NCBI RefSeq assembly: GCF_009914755.1
Contig: NC_060928.1
Reading direction: 5' to 3' (one strand)
DNA length: 64,000 nt
Source of the DNA: the human T2T-CHM13v2.0 reference genome, Homo sapiens
This document shows, piece after piece, positions 47,237 to 60,920 of this stretch (its first letter is position 1; each line of letters opens with the position of its first letter). The position numbers were made by a program, and so were the translations under genes. The notes below the pieces were generated by a model. The model saw only the letters and a program-made list of their open reading frames with translations, had not been told where the DNA came from and searched no databases.

Positions 47237-47284
<48 letters not shown>
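47235..47284. repeat. Compound trinucleotide repeat (CAT)6(CAG)10
   Basis: Counted directly: CAT x6 at 47237-47254, CAG x10 at 47255-47284. Confidence 0.97.
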
Positions 47285-47285
<1 letters not shown>

Positions 47286-47599
47286 CCAAAACCTAAGTGA
47301 AGTTGGAAACCAAGAAGGGAGCATTGATGACAACTTTCATCTTTAGGGTAATTGTTAAACCTCATAAACTTAAATTTATGTCTTCATAGTCTTGTGTAAC
47401 TTAAATGATACAAGGCAAAATCAGGAGTCTTCTTCCAGAAGAAATCCATCTTGCAACTCTTGGCTCCCAACTGTCTAAACATACTGTAAATATGAATTAG
47501 ATACAGCCACCTTGCTGCTATGAAACAGTAATAATTCTTAGCCACCCGTTATATGGTCCAAATTCCAATGATATGTTGTTATTTACAGCGATCCTTGAC

Positions 47600-50160
47600 A
47601 CATAGTTCACTGAGGGACCTGGCAGAGGAAAACCCAATCATTTGGAGAAACCCATGTTTATTCCAGGATTTAGAAAATTCCCATAAATGAAGCTCCAAGG
47701 CATATAATCTCACATTCATAAAAGCACAGAACACTAAAAGAAATAGAAAAGAAAGACAACGAAAACAGCTATCTGCAGATCAGACACATGAAGACTTCAG
47801 ATACAACTGCTATCAGACAGCATATAAAAGAAACATGTTTTGTATGTTTAAAGACACAAAATAAGCAGATAAAATATAAAATAAAAACACAGAGTAAAAT
47901 AAATTACCAAATAGATTTGATAAAGAGCCAAATAGAACTTCTAGAATCTAGAAATGCAAAACCAATCATTACAACTATAGAAAGAAATTCTGAACTGGAA
48001 GATATTACATAGAATATAACACAGGTGGACATGGAGACACCAAATATGAAAGGCAGGTTAAGTGTCATAGAAGATCCAGTGAGAAGGTTTATAGGCCTAG
48101 GAAGAATAGGAAAGGGAATATGACCGAATCCAGAGAGGGCAGCTGTGAGGAAAGAGCTGCCTGACAGGAGCCGTGACCTTCAGTAAATGACCAATCAGCC
48201 TGGCAAAGAGGGACTAATGGAAATCAGTGCCCAAACTCACTGTCTCATATTATTTGAACATATTTGGAAACCAGAGGACAACAGAGGTCATTGACACAGT
48301 CCCTACATGTCATCCTTTTAGGGAAAGAGTAAATGAAGAGGATTCAAAAAACATTATCCAGAAAAATACACAACTGAGGTTCCAGAAGAAAATAAGGAAG
48401 ACAATGAAGTGGGGGAAAAATTTAAAGAGAGAATGACTGAGAATTTTTCAAAATAGATGAAAGACTCAATTATCTAATACAAGAGCTCAGGAAATTCAAA
48501 GCAGGCTAAATAAGAAGAAAACAGTATTTAGCGAAATTATGAAAAAAGAGCAGGACGTATATGAAAACAAATATGATTAAAGGGAAGCTAGCCAGGAAAA
48601 TACATCATCTTTAAATAAGCAACAGTTTTACTGACAGCTAACTTCTCAAGAGCAACAGTGGAAGCCAGAAAATGATGGAACACAATCTTCTGTCTCCTGC
48701 AATAAAATAAAAGTCAGCCTGGAATTCTACACTCAGTGAAAATATCATACATGAAGAAGACAAATTAAGAACATTTCAGAAAAAGACAAATATTTTGTCA
48801 TCAATAGAATTACTCAATTAAAATAGTAAAGAATGCACTTCAGGCAAAAAATAAAATTATCCCACCTAGAAGATCCTAAATACAGGAAGAACTAAAATGC
48901 AAGCAAAATGTTATATATTTGGTGATATTTCAATAAAAATAAGACTCTATAAAAATTATTATAATACTATTTCTGGAATTAAAAGCTAAGATAAAACTAA
49001 AATACAAAATAAAGACAGCATACAAGTAAGATACAAAATAATTGGAGATAAAGTGATTGAAATTTCACTGTATTGTTTGGAAGGAAGGTTGAAACCCTGA
49101 AGAACTTGCTCTTGATATTTGAGTTTAAATTTGATGTATTAAACATTTAGAGTAAATGCTAAAATAATGGTACCAGGGTGTATAACTTTCAAACTAGTAG
49201 AGGAAAATACCAGAATAGAAAACCAATCAATTAATACAAAAAAAGTAAGAAAGCAAGAGACAATTAATATAAAAAAGACAGGACAAATTTTGAAAGTTTC
49301 AAAATACATAAAGCAAAACATACAACTGGAAAAATAAAGAGAAATCTAGAATTAAAGTTAAGGATGTTAATACCTTATTTGAATGAATGAGAGAATGAAT
49401 AATCAGAAAATTAGTGGAACACATAAGCAACAGTATCAACCTACTTAAAGTAATTGACATTTATAGAGTATTCCACTAATTAATACCAAACTATACATTT
49501 CTTTCAAGGGAATGTGTAACATTTACCAAGACAGACTCTATTCTGGGTCACAAAACAAATCTTAAAAGATTAACAGTAATAGAAAGTATGTTCTCAGACT
49601 ATGATGAAATTATATTAAAAATCAATAGTACAAAGATGTCTAAAAATCACAAACATTTGGAAACTAAATGACAGATTTCTAAATAACCCATGGGTCAAAG
49701 AAGAAAGTCAAAAGGGAAAATTGAATATATGTTCAACTAAAAGAAAATGAAAACAAAACATTACAAAATTTTGGAGAATCCTACTAAAGCAGTTCTTAAG
49801 AAAGATTAATAGCACTAAACATCTATATTAGGAAAAGGGGAAAAGATCTCAAGTAAAATACTTCAACTTCTTCCTTAAGATATTAGAAAAATAAGGGCAA
49901 ATGAAGCCCAATGTAAGCAGAATAAAAGTAATAATAAATATTAGAGGAGAAATCAATGAAATAGATAATTGATTTAAAATTCATGAAAAGCCATAGACCA
50001 AAAGTTAGTGCTTTGAAAATATCAACAATATAGATAAACCTTTGTCCAGCTTGTTCAGAAAAAAAAATTGAGAGAAGACACATGTACCAACATCAGGAAT
50101 GACAAAATGGCATAAGACACTACATATATTAAAAAGATGAGAATTTTATGAACATTATGA
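47600..50160 (+). mobile_element. Old L1 (L1ME/L1MD or HAL1-like ORF1 region plus ORF2 endonuclease region)
   Basis: ccaaatagaacttctagaa; tgacagctaacttctcaagagcaacagtggaagccagaaaatgatgga; ctaaataacccatgggtcaaagaagaa. Probably more than one element. Confidence 0.7.
48100..48365. mobile_element. LTR33-like ERVL LTR fragment within the old L1
   Basis: ggaaaccagaggacaacagaggtcattgacacagtcc; gagccgtgaccttcagta; recalled similarity only. Confidence 0.5.
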
Positions 50161-50895
50161 AATCTATTAAGATATTATGAATAAATAAACATTCAGACCC
50201 AGCAAGTAAAAGAAAACCCTGAAAACTTCTAGCCGTATTCAGAAATGATATAAATAAGTTAGCTACATAACAAAGAAATGCTGAATGTTCACAATTAGGT
50301 GACTGTAATTGGTGAGTTGTACATGTTACAATGTCTATGCAAATAATTTGTTTTGAGTATGTGCCATTATGGTGGTGGAAGAAAATAGTGTTTCAATGAC
50401 TCTTTAATTTGGTGGTAGAGAACCTTCATGGATTGTGACAACAATCAAGGCTTTGAACGCATATGAACATGAGTTTGAATAACAACTCCACATACATACA
50501 TATCCGGAAGTTATTAGCCTCATGTATAGGTAAATCTATCATGGTGGTTTTATAAAATAAAATGAAATAAGAAAACAACAATGGGCCAAGTAAGACCCTC
50601 CTCAATTCCTTCTCTCCCTGACCCATTCAACCACTAGAGGAAAGCATCTAGAATCATAAAATAATCAGCATAAGAAAAAGAAGCTCAACTTCAGCAAGAA
50701 TTGGATTCACCTATGTCAGTGCAATGTGGAGAAGGCAGAAAATTACCTACAGAAGGGGATCAGATACCCATAAGTTTAAAGAGCGCATGTCAGATAGCCC
50801 AATGGTTCTGTGAATAAGAGAGATAGAATCTTTGAGCTGTGGTTCTGCCCATTTTTCTAGTAAAAGCTCTGACCCAGAGACAATATTATATCTAT

Positions 50896-51061
50896 TGTTG
50901 TGGACTGAATATTTGTAACATAAGTTGAAGTCCCAACCCCCAATGTGACTATATTTGGAGATAGGGCCTTTATAGAAATAAATAAGTTTGAATGAGGTCA
51001 TGAGGGTGGGGTCCTAATTTGATAAAAATTAATGTTTTTATAGGAAGAAACACAAGCACGT

Positions 51062-51092
<31 letters not shown>

Positions 51093-51301
51093 GCCTCTGT
51101 CTCTGTCTCTCTCTACCACATGAGGATACAATGAGAAGATAACCTTCTGCAAGACAGGAAGAGAGCCCTCAACACAACCAAGCCGTGCTGGCACCTTGAT
51201 CTCACAATTCTACCCTCCAAAATTATGAGTAAATAAATTTCTGTTGTTTAAGCCGCCCAATCTACAGCATTTTGTTATGGCCATTTGAGCTGACTAAGAT
51301 A
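50896..51301 (+). mobile_element. MLT1A/MLT1B-like MaLR solo LTR with internal (CT)n
   Basis: caatgtgactatatttggagatagggcc...gctggcaccttgatctc...gctgactaagata; flanks tctat / tctag. Confidence 0.88.
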
Positions 51302-51853
51302 TCTAGTTTTAATTTTCATTCTATTAAGTAGTTGGTGCCTGGTGAAGGTAGATTACATATTGAAGGCCTCTTGTAGAGCAAAAACACAAAATGTACATGA
51401 ACTGAAAGGCCCTGCATTTTAGATTAATACTGGGGTGGGCATTGAGAGGATGTGCATTGAACTTGCTGATGACCTTAAATTCTGCTTCCATCATTTTTTA
51501 AGATTATAATTTAAGCTGCTGTGTTTCTCCCTGTTAATTATCTTCTTTCTCTTGCCTTTCCTACTCCGATACAACAAGTAGTCAGTGGGTCACCAGAGTA
51601 ATTGTGGACAGTGGAGAGCAAAATGAAAGAGGAGTGAAATGCCATTTCAGTTGCTTTTTTTCATTTCATGTTTGCTTTAATCTCATATAAAAGTATAGAG
51701 GCTGAATATGCTCAGCAAATGATGTAGCAACTCATTTTCAGAAAACTTTTAAAAATTAATTTATGCCAGGAAGAGACTGATAGACTCAGCTTTTAACAAG
51801 ACACACTCCCACTGGAATTTGGGATAAGAAATTCAAATAACTTTATGCCTATC

Positions 51854-52132
51854 AAAAATCAACCTGGGGATAGAATTCCATCAGCCTAATCAGGATTCTT
51901 GCCTTTGAAGTGCTCCTTTTGTTTCTTCATGCCTTTTCCACTGGCATCCCTATTTCATGCATGAGATGATAAATATATAGGCATGTTCAGTGACCTTGTT
52001 CAGTCTAATAAAATTCCATCAAAGTCCAAATGAAGTGTGAAGCTAGTTAAAGGCTTTTCATTATTTCTTCACTTACATAATGAAGTTATCCAAAAAAATC
52101 TTACATTAAAATGCTGAGGGTTTTTAGAAGAC
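51854..52132 (+). repeat. Direct repeat copy A (~280 bp), immediately 5' of the L1MA
   Basis: Aligns to 54941-55224 at roughly 87% identity (manual count). Confidence 0.95.
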
Positions 52133-52703
52133 TTTGTATTTGACAAAGTGCAGCATCCTTTCTTGATAAAAACTCTTAACACTTTAGCTCTAGAAGGAAA
52201 ACATCCCAACATATTAAAGTTTATTTATTAAAATCCCACAATTAACATTATAATCAGTGGAGAACAATGGAAAGCTTTTCCACTAAGATGTAGTACAAGA
52301 CAGGGATGTCCACTCTGACCACTTCTATTTAGCATAGTACTGGAAGTACTAGCAGGAGCAATCAGACAAGAAAAAGAAATAAAAAGCATTCAAATAAGAA
52401 TGGAAGAAGTAAAATTATTTCTATTTACAGATGACATGATCCTATATGTAGAAAACCCCAAAGATCTACCAAAAGCTGTTAGATGCAATAAACAAATTCA
52501 GTGAATTTTCAGGATACATCAACCTACAAAAATCAGTAGTATTTCTATACACAAATAATGATCCAACTGATAAAGAAATCAAGAAAAAATACTATTTTTG
52601 GTAAAAATAAAAAAACAATGAATAAATTTAGTCAAAAATGTGAAAGATTTATAAATCTTTATATTTATAAATTTTTAAATTTTATAAATCTTTAAATTTA
52701 TAA

Positions 52704-52969
52704 AGCTTATATACTCTCAGACTCATGAGGGACATTATTATTGTCATCAATATTATCAATAAGTGTTTTCTGAGCCTGCATCAATATAATGAGATAGCAT
52801 TATCTTTTACAATCACCATGGTTGTAAAGATTAAATGAGACAATATATGTGACAATGCCAGGCACTTAATAAATGTTTACTAAACATTAGCTTACTTATG
52901 GTTCCTTCCCTCAAAAAGCAAACAGTCTGTTAGGGTTGCCCAATAAATTCTTGACCATAGTGAGATATT
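52704..52969 (+). repeat. 266-bp copy of 56091-56359 inserted in L1 ORF2
   Basis: About 9 substitutions and one 3-bp indel versus the downstream copy. Confidence 0.97.
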
Positions 52970-54372
52970 GATGAAAGAAATTGAAGAAGATACAAATAAA
53001 TGGAAGGGTATATTATATTTGTGGATGGGAAGAATTATTAATATTGTTAAAATGTCCTCCCTACCCAAAGCAACATGCAGAATTAACACAATTCCTATCA
53101 AAATTCTAATGATGTCCTTCACAAAAATAGAAAAACAAATCCTAAAATTCATATGAAACCACAAAAACCTGAAATAGACAAACCAATACTGAGAAAGAAA
53201 AGCAAAGTTGGAGACATCAACTTCCTGATTCCAAATTATATTACAAAGCTATAGTAATTTAAAAAGTATAGTATTGTAAAAAAAAGACACAAAGGCCAAT
53301 AGAACAGAATAAAAAGTCTAGAAATAGATTCAAACATATAAGGGCAATTAATTTTCAATAATGTCACCAGGAGGACATAGTGGGGAACAATAATCTCTTC
53401 AATAAATGGTCTTAGAAAACTGAATTTCCACCTGCAAAAGAATAAAATAGAACCCTTAGCTTATACCACACAAAAATCAATGCAAAATTGATAAAAGACA
53501 TAAATATAAGACTGAAATTATTAAACTCCTAGAAGAGAACATAGAAGAGCTTCTTGACATTGGCCTTGACAATGATTTTCTGGATGTCACATTAAAAGCT
53601 CAGGCTACAAAAGCAAAAATAAATAAATGGAACTACGTCAAACTAAAAAGCTTTTGTACAGCAAAGGAAATACTCAAAAAATGAAAAGCCAATCTAGGTA
53701 CTCGGAAAACATATTTGTAAAACAAACATCTGGTAAGGGGTTAATATTTAAAATTTATAAAGTACTTTTACAACTCGATAGCAAAAAACCAAACTGATTG
53801 AAAAATGGGCAAAGGATCTGAACAGCCATTTCTCCAAAGAAGACATAAACATAGCCAACGTGTATATGAAAATGAAAATGTACTGAACGTGACTAATAAC
53901 CAAGGAAATACAAGTTAAAACCACTATGAGATATCACCTCACACCTGTAAGAACAGCTGTTATAAAAAAGATAAGAGATAGCAAATGTTGGTGTGGGTGT
54001 GGAGAAAACAGAACCTTAGTGTATTGTTGGTAGGAATGTAGATTGGTACAGCCATTAATTAAAAACAGAGCTACCATACAACCCAGTAATAATTTTTCTG
54101 TGTATATGTCCAAAGGAGATGCAATCACCACCTTGTAAATATATCTGCACTCTCATATTCATTAAAGCATATTCACAATAGCCAAGATCTGGAAAAAATT
54201 TTAATGTCATATATCTGTGTGTGTACATATATATACAGTCTGTGTATACACACACACAATAAAATGTTATGCTATTTGCCACATCAATGATGGACCTGCA
54301 GAACATTACGCTAAGTGAAGCAAGCCAGACACAGAAATAGAAATCTTGCATGATCTCACTTTTATGTGGAAT

Positions 54373-54405
<33 letters not shown>

Positions 54406-54417
54406 TAGACACTCCTA

Positions 54418-54590
54418 CAGTTGACCCTTGAGCAATGTGAGGGTTAGGGGTGCCAACCTTATCCACAGTTGAAAATCTGTGTATAACTTTTTACTTCCTG
54501 AAAACTTTACTACTGATAGCCTACTGTTAACTGGAATCCAATAATATAAAGTTGATTATGACATCTTTTTTATGTTATATGTACTGTACA
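54418..54590. mobile_element. Tigger2/MER28-like fragment, next to a (CA)n tract (54373-54405)
   Basis: TA followed by cagttgacccttgagcaatgtgagggttaggggtgcc...gaaaatctgtgtataacttt. Confidence 0.8.
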
Positions 54591-54940
54591 AAGAACTTAA
54601 ATACAAAGAGATAGAAAATTTAACAGTGGCTACCATTACCACAGGGTGGGGAGGCATGGTTGACAGACATAGGTCAAAGGATAAAAAGTAGCAGCTATGT
54701 AGGATGAGCCAGTTTAGAGATCTAATGTACAAAATGAAGATGAAGTTAATAAAACTGTTTTGTATTAAGGATTTTTGCTGGATACGTAGATTTTAGCTGC
54801 CCTTGTCACAAAAAAAGTAACTATGTGAGATAATAGATATGTTCATCTGCTTCATAATAACCATTTTACTATCCCATATCATCATATTGTAAACCTCAAC
54901 CATACACAATACAATTTCTTTAAAAAATTAAAGTAAACTT

Positions 54941-55224
54941 AAAACATCAACCTGGGGATAGACTTCCATCAGCCTACTCAAGACCCTTGCCTTTGAGGTG
55001 CTCCTTTTGTCTCTTCCTGTATTTCTCCTGACACCCTTATTTCATGCACAAGATGATAAATATGTAGGCATGTTAGGTGAGCTTGTTCAGTCTAATAAAA
55101 CTCCAACTCCATCACAGTCCAAATGAAGTGTGAAGCCAGTTAAAGGCTTTTCATCATTTCCTCACTTATATAATCAAGTTATCCAAAAAATCTTACATCA
55201 AAATGCTGAGGGTTTTCAAAAGAC
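54941..55224 (+). repeat. Direct repeat copy B (~280 bp), immediately 3' of the L1MA tail
   Basis: aaaacatcaacctggggatagac...aaatgctgagggttttcaaaagac aligns to 51854-52132. Confidence 0.95.
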
Positions 55225-56090
55225 AGACCATAGATTACCAAGAAAATAACTAGTTTCTAAACATGGTCTTATTTTAAAATGTGTTCTTTTGGGATAATGG
55301 CAATTCATAAACCCCCAAAAGAGAAATATATGTTTTTTAAAGTATGTAACATTAAATAGTTACAGAAGCAGAGAGCTTTCAACATATTAAAAGCTCTCTA
55401 TAATTTAATGGTTTTAAATCATTTAAAGTTGAAAATTATACAAAATCATGACCACTCAGGACTGTGGACACTGGTGCCACATTGCTGAACCATGAGTAAC
55501 TTGACCTTTCATGGTTAACATCTTTACTTGAGAGAATGACTCACTCACTTTATACCTTATATATCATCTTCAGCCAGAAAACACAACCAAGAGATTTAAA
55601 TCCACTTGGTGAATTAAAAATCTATCACTTTTGCAAAATATCCATTTACCCTTCATTTAACAACAGTAACTCATGCCATTTTCTGGCCAGTTTTTCTTAC
55701 TCTTACTGCTCTCTGTACTTCCAGCCTGCTTAATTGGACTCAGGTGTATTTTGAAAGCCAAAATTCTCAGCTATCTTCCCACAAAGGCAGATGTACAGGG
55801 AAACCACCAAAAAGAAAAAATGAAAGGATAACACCTTAGGTCCTATGAATATGAGCCAGCTCTTAGAATTAAAATTTAAATTTTCCATAAATTTGATGAA
55901 AATAGTAAACACATCTCAAAAAAATTTAGTATGCCATTCTAAGAGTTGAACTACACTGTCATGGACACAGAGCTTTAGCATATTTTGCAAAGGTCTACTT
56001 TTTCATGAAGCTTAACAGGTATTAACTGCTTTTAATGAAAATATCTTTAGAGTTTGTGATAAATGGGTGGTAGACTTCAAAACCTGTTTT

Positions 56091-56560
56091 AGCTTATATA
56101 CTCTCAGACTTATAAGGGACATTATTATTGCCATCAATAATATTATCAATAAGTGTTTATTGAGCCTGCATCAATATAATGAGATAGCATTATCTTTTAC
56201 AATCACCATGGTTGTAAAGATTAAATGAGATAATATATGTGACAACGCCAGGCACTTAATAAATGTTTACTAAACATTAGCTTACTTATGGTTCCTTCCC
56301 TCAAAAAGCCAAGAGTCTGTTAGGGTTGCCCAATAAATTCTTGACCATAGTGAGATATTTCTATGATTTTGGTGGGAGAAGCCTTCCCAATGACGCTATG
56401 GGAGTAGGGAAGGGCAGAGTCATTTAAATCTGATTAGAAGAAATTATACTTCAAATAAATTTCGAAGGACATATAAAAGTTAAATAGTAGGAAAAAATTT
56501 ATTCAAAACTAATGGACGAAATCACTGTGGAGGTGAGAAGAAATGTGATCAGAACACTGG
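56091..56560. mobile_element. Antisense L2 3' end interrupted by a MIR fragment (contains the donor of the 52704 insertion)
   Basis: tcaataagtgtttattgagcc (L2); ggttgtaaagattaaatgagataatatatgtga (MIR); L2-like sequence continues past 56359. Confidence 0.65.
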
Positions 56561-58404
56561 AGAGAAAGCCATTACAATATCCTGGTTGGCATGTTACTCA
56601 TGTTCACAGGTCACAAATATTCATGAGTAATTATGACGGCTCCTATGTATGTTAACAAAGGCATCAAAGAAAATCTGACAAAATTAATTTAAAATGGAAT
56701 AATTAGTTATTGTTGGTTACTTATGGAGACCCCAAATTGGACAAAAACATGTTTTTCATTTTATAGTAACCAACATATTTAAATATTCATTTTTTATCAT
56801 TCAATAAATATTGCAATTAATTGAATGCTAAGTATAGACTACCAGAAAAATGTCTTATGCATGTATTTGCACTTAATAGTACTTTTGTCCTTTTATGAAC
56901 ATCTTTATTTTATTATTTATTCCAATAATTCCTTTTCAGTGTGAATACTGAAAAACTTGTAAATTCCATCATCATAAGTGATACAAAGAGCATGTGATTA
57001 TTCATGAGCTTGAGTGTTTCCATTACTATAAGTTACTGTTAACTTGGAAAAATGACTATATAATTAAGCAACATTAACAAGAATAATATAGAGTAGTAAT
57101 ATAATACATATTTGTTTATGTCTACCCACTTGATTTGAAAGTGTATGGCTTGGTGCCATTGAATTATCAAATGTTTATCATACTACGTAATATTAAGTGA
57201 AATAAGTGATTAGAAGATTATAGTAATGATTCTCAAATAATAGTTAAAACTTTTAAAATCAAAGTTATTGCACCATTAAAAGAAAAAAGTAGGAATACAT
57301 TATTTTTTCCAAAGGTTATTAAGGAAGGCACACAAATTACTAGAGTACCAAGCCTTAAATGAATTTAAGTACACTTTTAAGGAATAATAAACTAAAAAAT
57401 AAAACTTATCATCAAGGTCCTCAGTATACTGACTTTTTCTGTCATCCAAATGCCTCATCTCATTGGAAACTGGGCTGAGGAAGAAAAGGCATTCAGCCTT
57501 TTAAACTTTGGTTCAGAAGATTTCTCAACAAATATTGAAATCTAAGGTTAAGGAAACAATAGTAATACAGGAAATCCAATATTTCTTTCATTTTTCAATT
57601 ATTCTATTAAGAATGACATTTTGATTTGACCAAGTTTATTCCATTCTGTTGGGTAAAATGTATAGTTGAGCGCTGTCCTTCTGGCTGGCACCCAGGTCAC
57701 TACGTCATAGCCCGTCTCTCCAACATGGGGTAGAATTAAGATGTCAAACCACAACCTCTGTGGCTCAATATGGAGTCTTTACACTAATCATGTCTATTTA
57801 CCCATCCTCAGATCCTCCTTTCTTGGCTACCCCTCATTTTCTCTAGTCTATAAGAGCAGAAACTATGACATCATCTATGTGACTTCATTATTTCCCCAGT
57901 GCCTAGAACAAAGAAGATGAGTGAATGTGTTTAATAAAATAAAATGAAAACCTATAAACAAATTAAATTCTTGTTTATGAGATTATAATCACTTTATAGG
58001 TGGTAAACAAGGTATACCTTTTCTCATAAACAGGAATTTGTTGATAAGCTTCAATTTTATTTTATTAACTGAATTTACTTATCTTACTTATCTTACCTTC
58101 TTTGTTCTAAGCACTAGGGAAAGAATGAAGCCCCTAGACGATGTTATAAAATATTAAATTATAGACAGAAAGATCTTTGCAAGTTACAAGTTATGTACGT
58201 CTCCCCTTCTTAGTTACATACACAGAGATGCACAAATTCATTATCTTGATCCCCACACAAGAATTCTTTTAAAGAAAATTAAAGGATAAAAATCAAGGTA
58301 AAAATATATGTAAATAAATATCTTAAAGTAATTTTAGGAAGTTTAAAAGAATTATTTTTTTGTGTCAGATTATTATAAAAGGACACTTTAAAAAAGTCAC
58401 TACA

Positions 58405-58734
<330 letters not shown>

Positions 58735-59185
58735 TTAAAACTGAAATCTAATGGAGTAAAAATTTGTTAAACTACAATTTGCAAGTTTTGAGTACAAAAG
58801 AAACCAAATACGTATTTCCAAATATTTAAGTTTTGCATTTAAATCAACACTTAGACTTTCTGGAACCATTAAACACACATTCCAGAACAGATTAATATTT
58901 TGTCCCGGAAAATAATTTATTCTTGAAGTCTATAGTAAGAACGCTGGTGGCAAATATAATTTATTTAAAAGATGATCAATAAAATTAACAATTGGTTATA
59001 ATTTGGGCAACCCGATTTTATTTGCTCCAAAATGCATATTATTATGACTGTTTTTTCCAGTTATTACTTTCAAACCAAAGATGAGTGAGGTTGACTACTT
59101 GTACTGAATGTCATAAGTACAGATTACTTTTACAATAGCAAATCAGACAAATTGTTAGATTAAAATAATAATGGCAGACGCAATT

Positions 59186-59604
59186 CAATATTGTTTGGAT
59201 GTGTTTCCCCTCCAAATCCCATGTTGAAATGTAATCTTCAGTGTTAGAGGTGGGGCCTGGTGGGAGGTGTTTGGGTCATGGGGGTAAATGACTCATAAAT
59301 GGCTTGGCACCATCCTCACAGTAATGTATGAGTTCTTGATTTATAAGATCATGTGAGAGCCGGTTGTTTAAATGAACCTTGCATGTCCTCCCCTTTCTCT
59401 TGCTCCCTCTCTTGCCATGTGACATGTCTGCTCCCACTTTGCCTTCTGACCTGAGTGGAAGCTTCCTGAGGTCCTCACTAGAAGATGCCAGAGCCACACT
59501 TTCTGTACAGCCTGCAGAATCGTGAGCCAAAATAAACCTCTTTGCTTTATAGATTACTCAGCCTCAGGTATTTCTTTAGAGCATGGCAAGAGCAGACTAA
59601 CACA
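59186..59604 (+). mobile_element. MSTB-like MaLR solo LTR
   Basis: gtttggatgtgtttcccctccaaatcccatgttgaaatg...cagactaacaca; TSD caatt (59181-59185 / 59605-59609). Confidence 0.9.
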
Positions 59605-60719
59605 CAATTCCTTTCCTTTCCGATTCTTAAAACATGTTTCCCAATTTTATAAGTGCCATTCTATTGTTAGAAAGAATAGCCAGGGAGGTTAAAAAACAAA
59701 AGGTAATTACTCTGTAGAAATCGTCTCACACTATAAGGTCAACAAACTTTCTAAAACGTGTCCATTAGAAAACACTAGTCAATACTTCCTTCTGAATTAA
59801 AATAAGAAATTTCAAAGATAATAAGGGTATTCTTCATGGCTCACCACATGCTGAGATTCAATGTGCAATCTTGAGCTTTATGTGTGACTAGTCCATAGTG
59901 AGAGGTGGGAAAAAACAATAAAGAAAAATCACCTGCATCAAAACTGACAAATTTCACTATAACCTCTCAGCTTCTTGGTTGCCAATTACACAAGTAAAAG
60001 AGTGTTATGTAAGTAATGGGGTTGATTGAAGTGAAGTAAATACAGGGCTTAAAAGTGAGCATTTCTAGAAAATATTGTTTCCTTCCTAGTTTCCTTCCTT
60101 CTGCCCTTTCTAAAATTATTTATTAAGCACTGCGCACCAGATGTGTCATTCGGCATTAGAAATATGACTGTGATGTTGCTCAGAAAACAGAAAGGACTGC
60201 AGGGTGATTGTGGAGTACAAGTGAGGAGTGGTACGAGATTAGGAAGGCTGGAGGAGCAGTTCAACCTGATGGTTGTATCTACTGAGATTGTTTCTCCCAG
60301 TTTTCTCTCTCCAGGTGCTAGAAAACTTCAGTAGTCAGTGTTTTGATTAAGCTTATAGGGATTCATTTTTTCTATTGGGTTAAAGGTGCAAGGGAACGTA
60401 ATCTTATGTTGTTCTAATATATTTGTTTTAAAATAGATGCATTATTTAACAGTAGTAGATAGTTGTATAGCTGTGCCTAATACCTACATAAACCTCTTTA
60501 AAAATACCACAAAAACGAATTCTGGTAAATTATTAAGATAAAAGAGTCATGCTTTTTATAAGCCATTACTAATTAGCTAATTGTTCATCATTTGGGGAAG
60601 AGAGTTTTTTTTGTTTTGTTTTGTTTTTCATAAAAATTGGCTATGAGATATCTTGGGTTCATCCAGATGGTGTATGTAAGGACAAAAACTGTAAAGCCTT
60701 CTATTTAGGATATGTTTTG

Positions 60720-60920
60720 AACTGTGAGCAGAGCAGAAAATCCTTAATACATACTGTAATTATCCTAGTTCTACTTCTTACTATCATTGTCACCCTACAC
60801 AAACCTCAACCTATTTAAGCCTTAATTTTCTCATCTTTATAGTAAAGATAATATATGTCTAGATTTGTGCAAATGAAATAACAAATGTGGATTACTTGAT
60901 ATAATGGCTAGTAATTAATT
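60720..60920 (+). mobile_element. MIR
   Basis: aagccttaattttctcatctttatagtaaagataata, degenerate core. Confidence 0.55.

Larger units (their letters stand above)
52137..54940 (+). mobile_element. 5'-truncated L1MA7/8-like element (RT to 3'UTR) with internal insertions
   Basis: tttgacaaagtgcagcatcc; acagatgacatgatcc (FTDDMI); [16 protein letters not shown]; 3'UTR agagatctaatgtaca...gtaactatgtgagataatagatatgtt. Confidence 0.9.

Noticed and set aside
47148-47333. ORF with poly-Ala and poly-Asp
   Set aside because: Translation of the CAT/CAG microsatellite running into an MST LTR.
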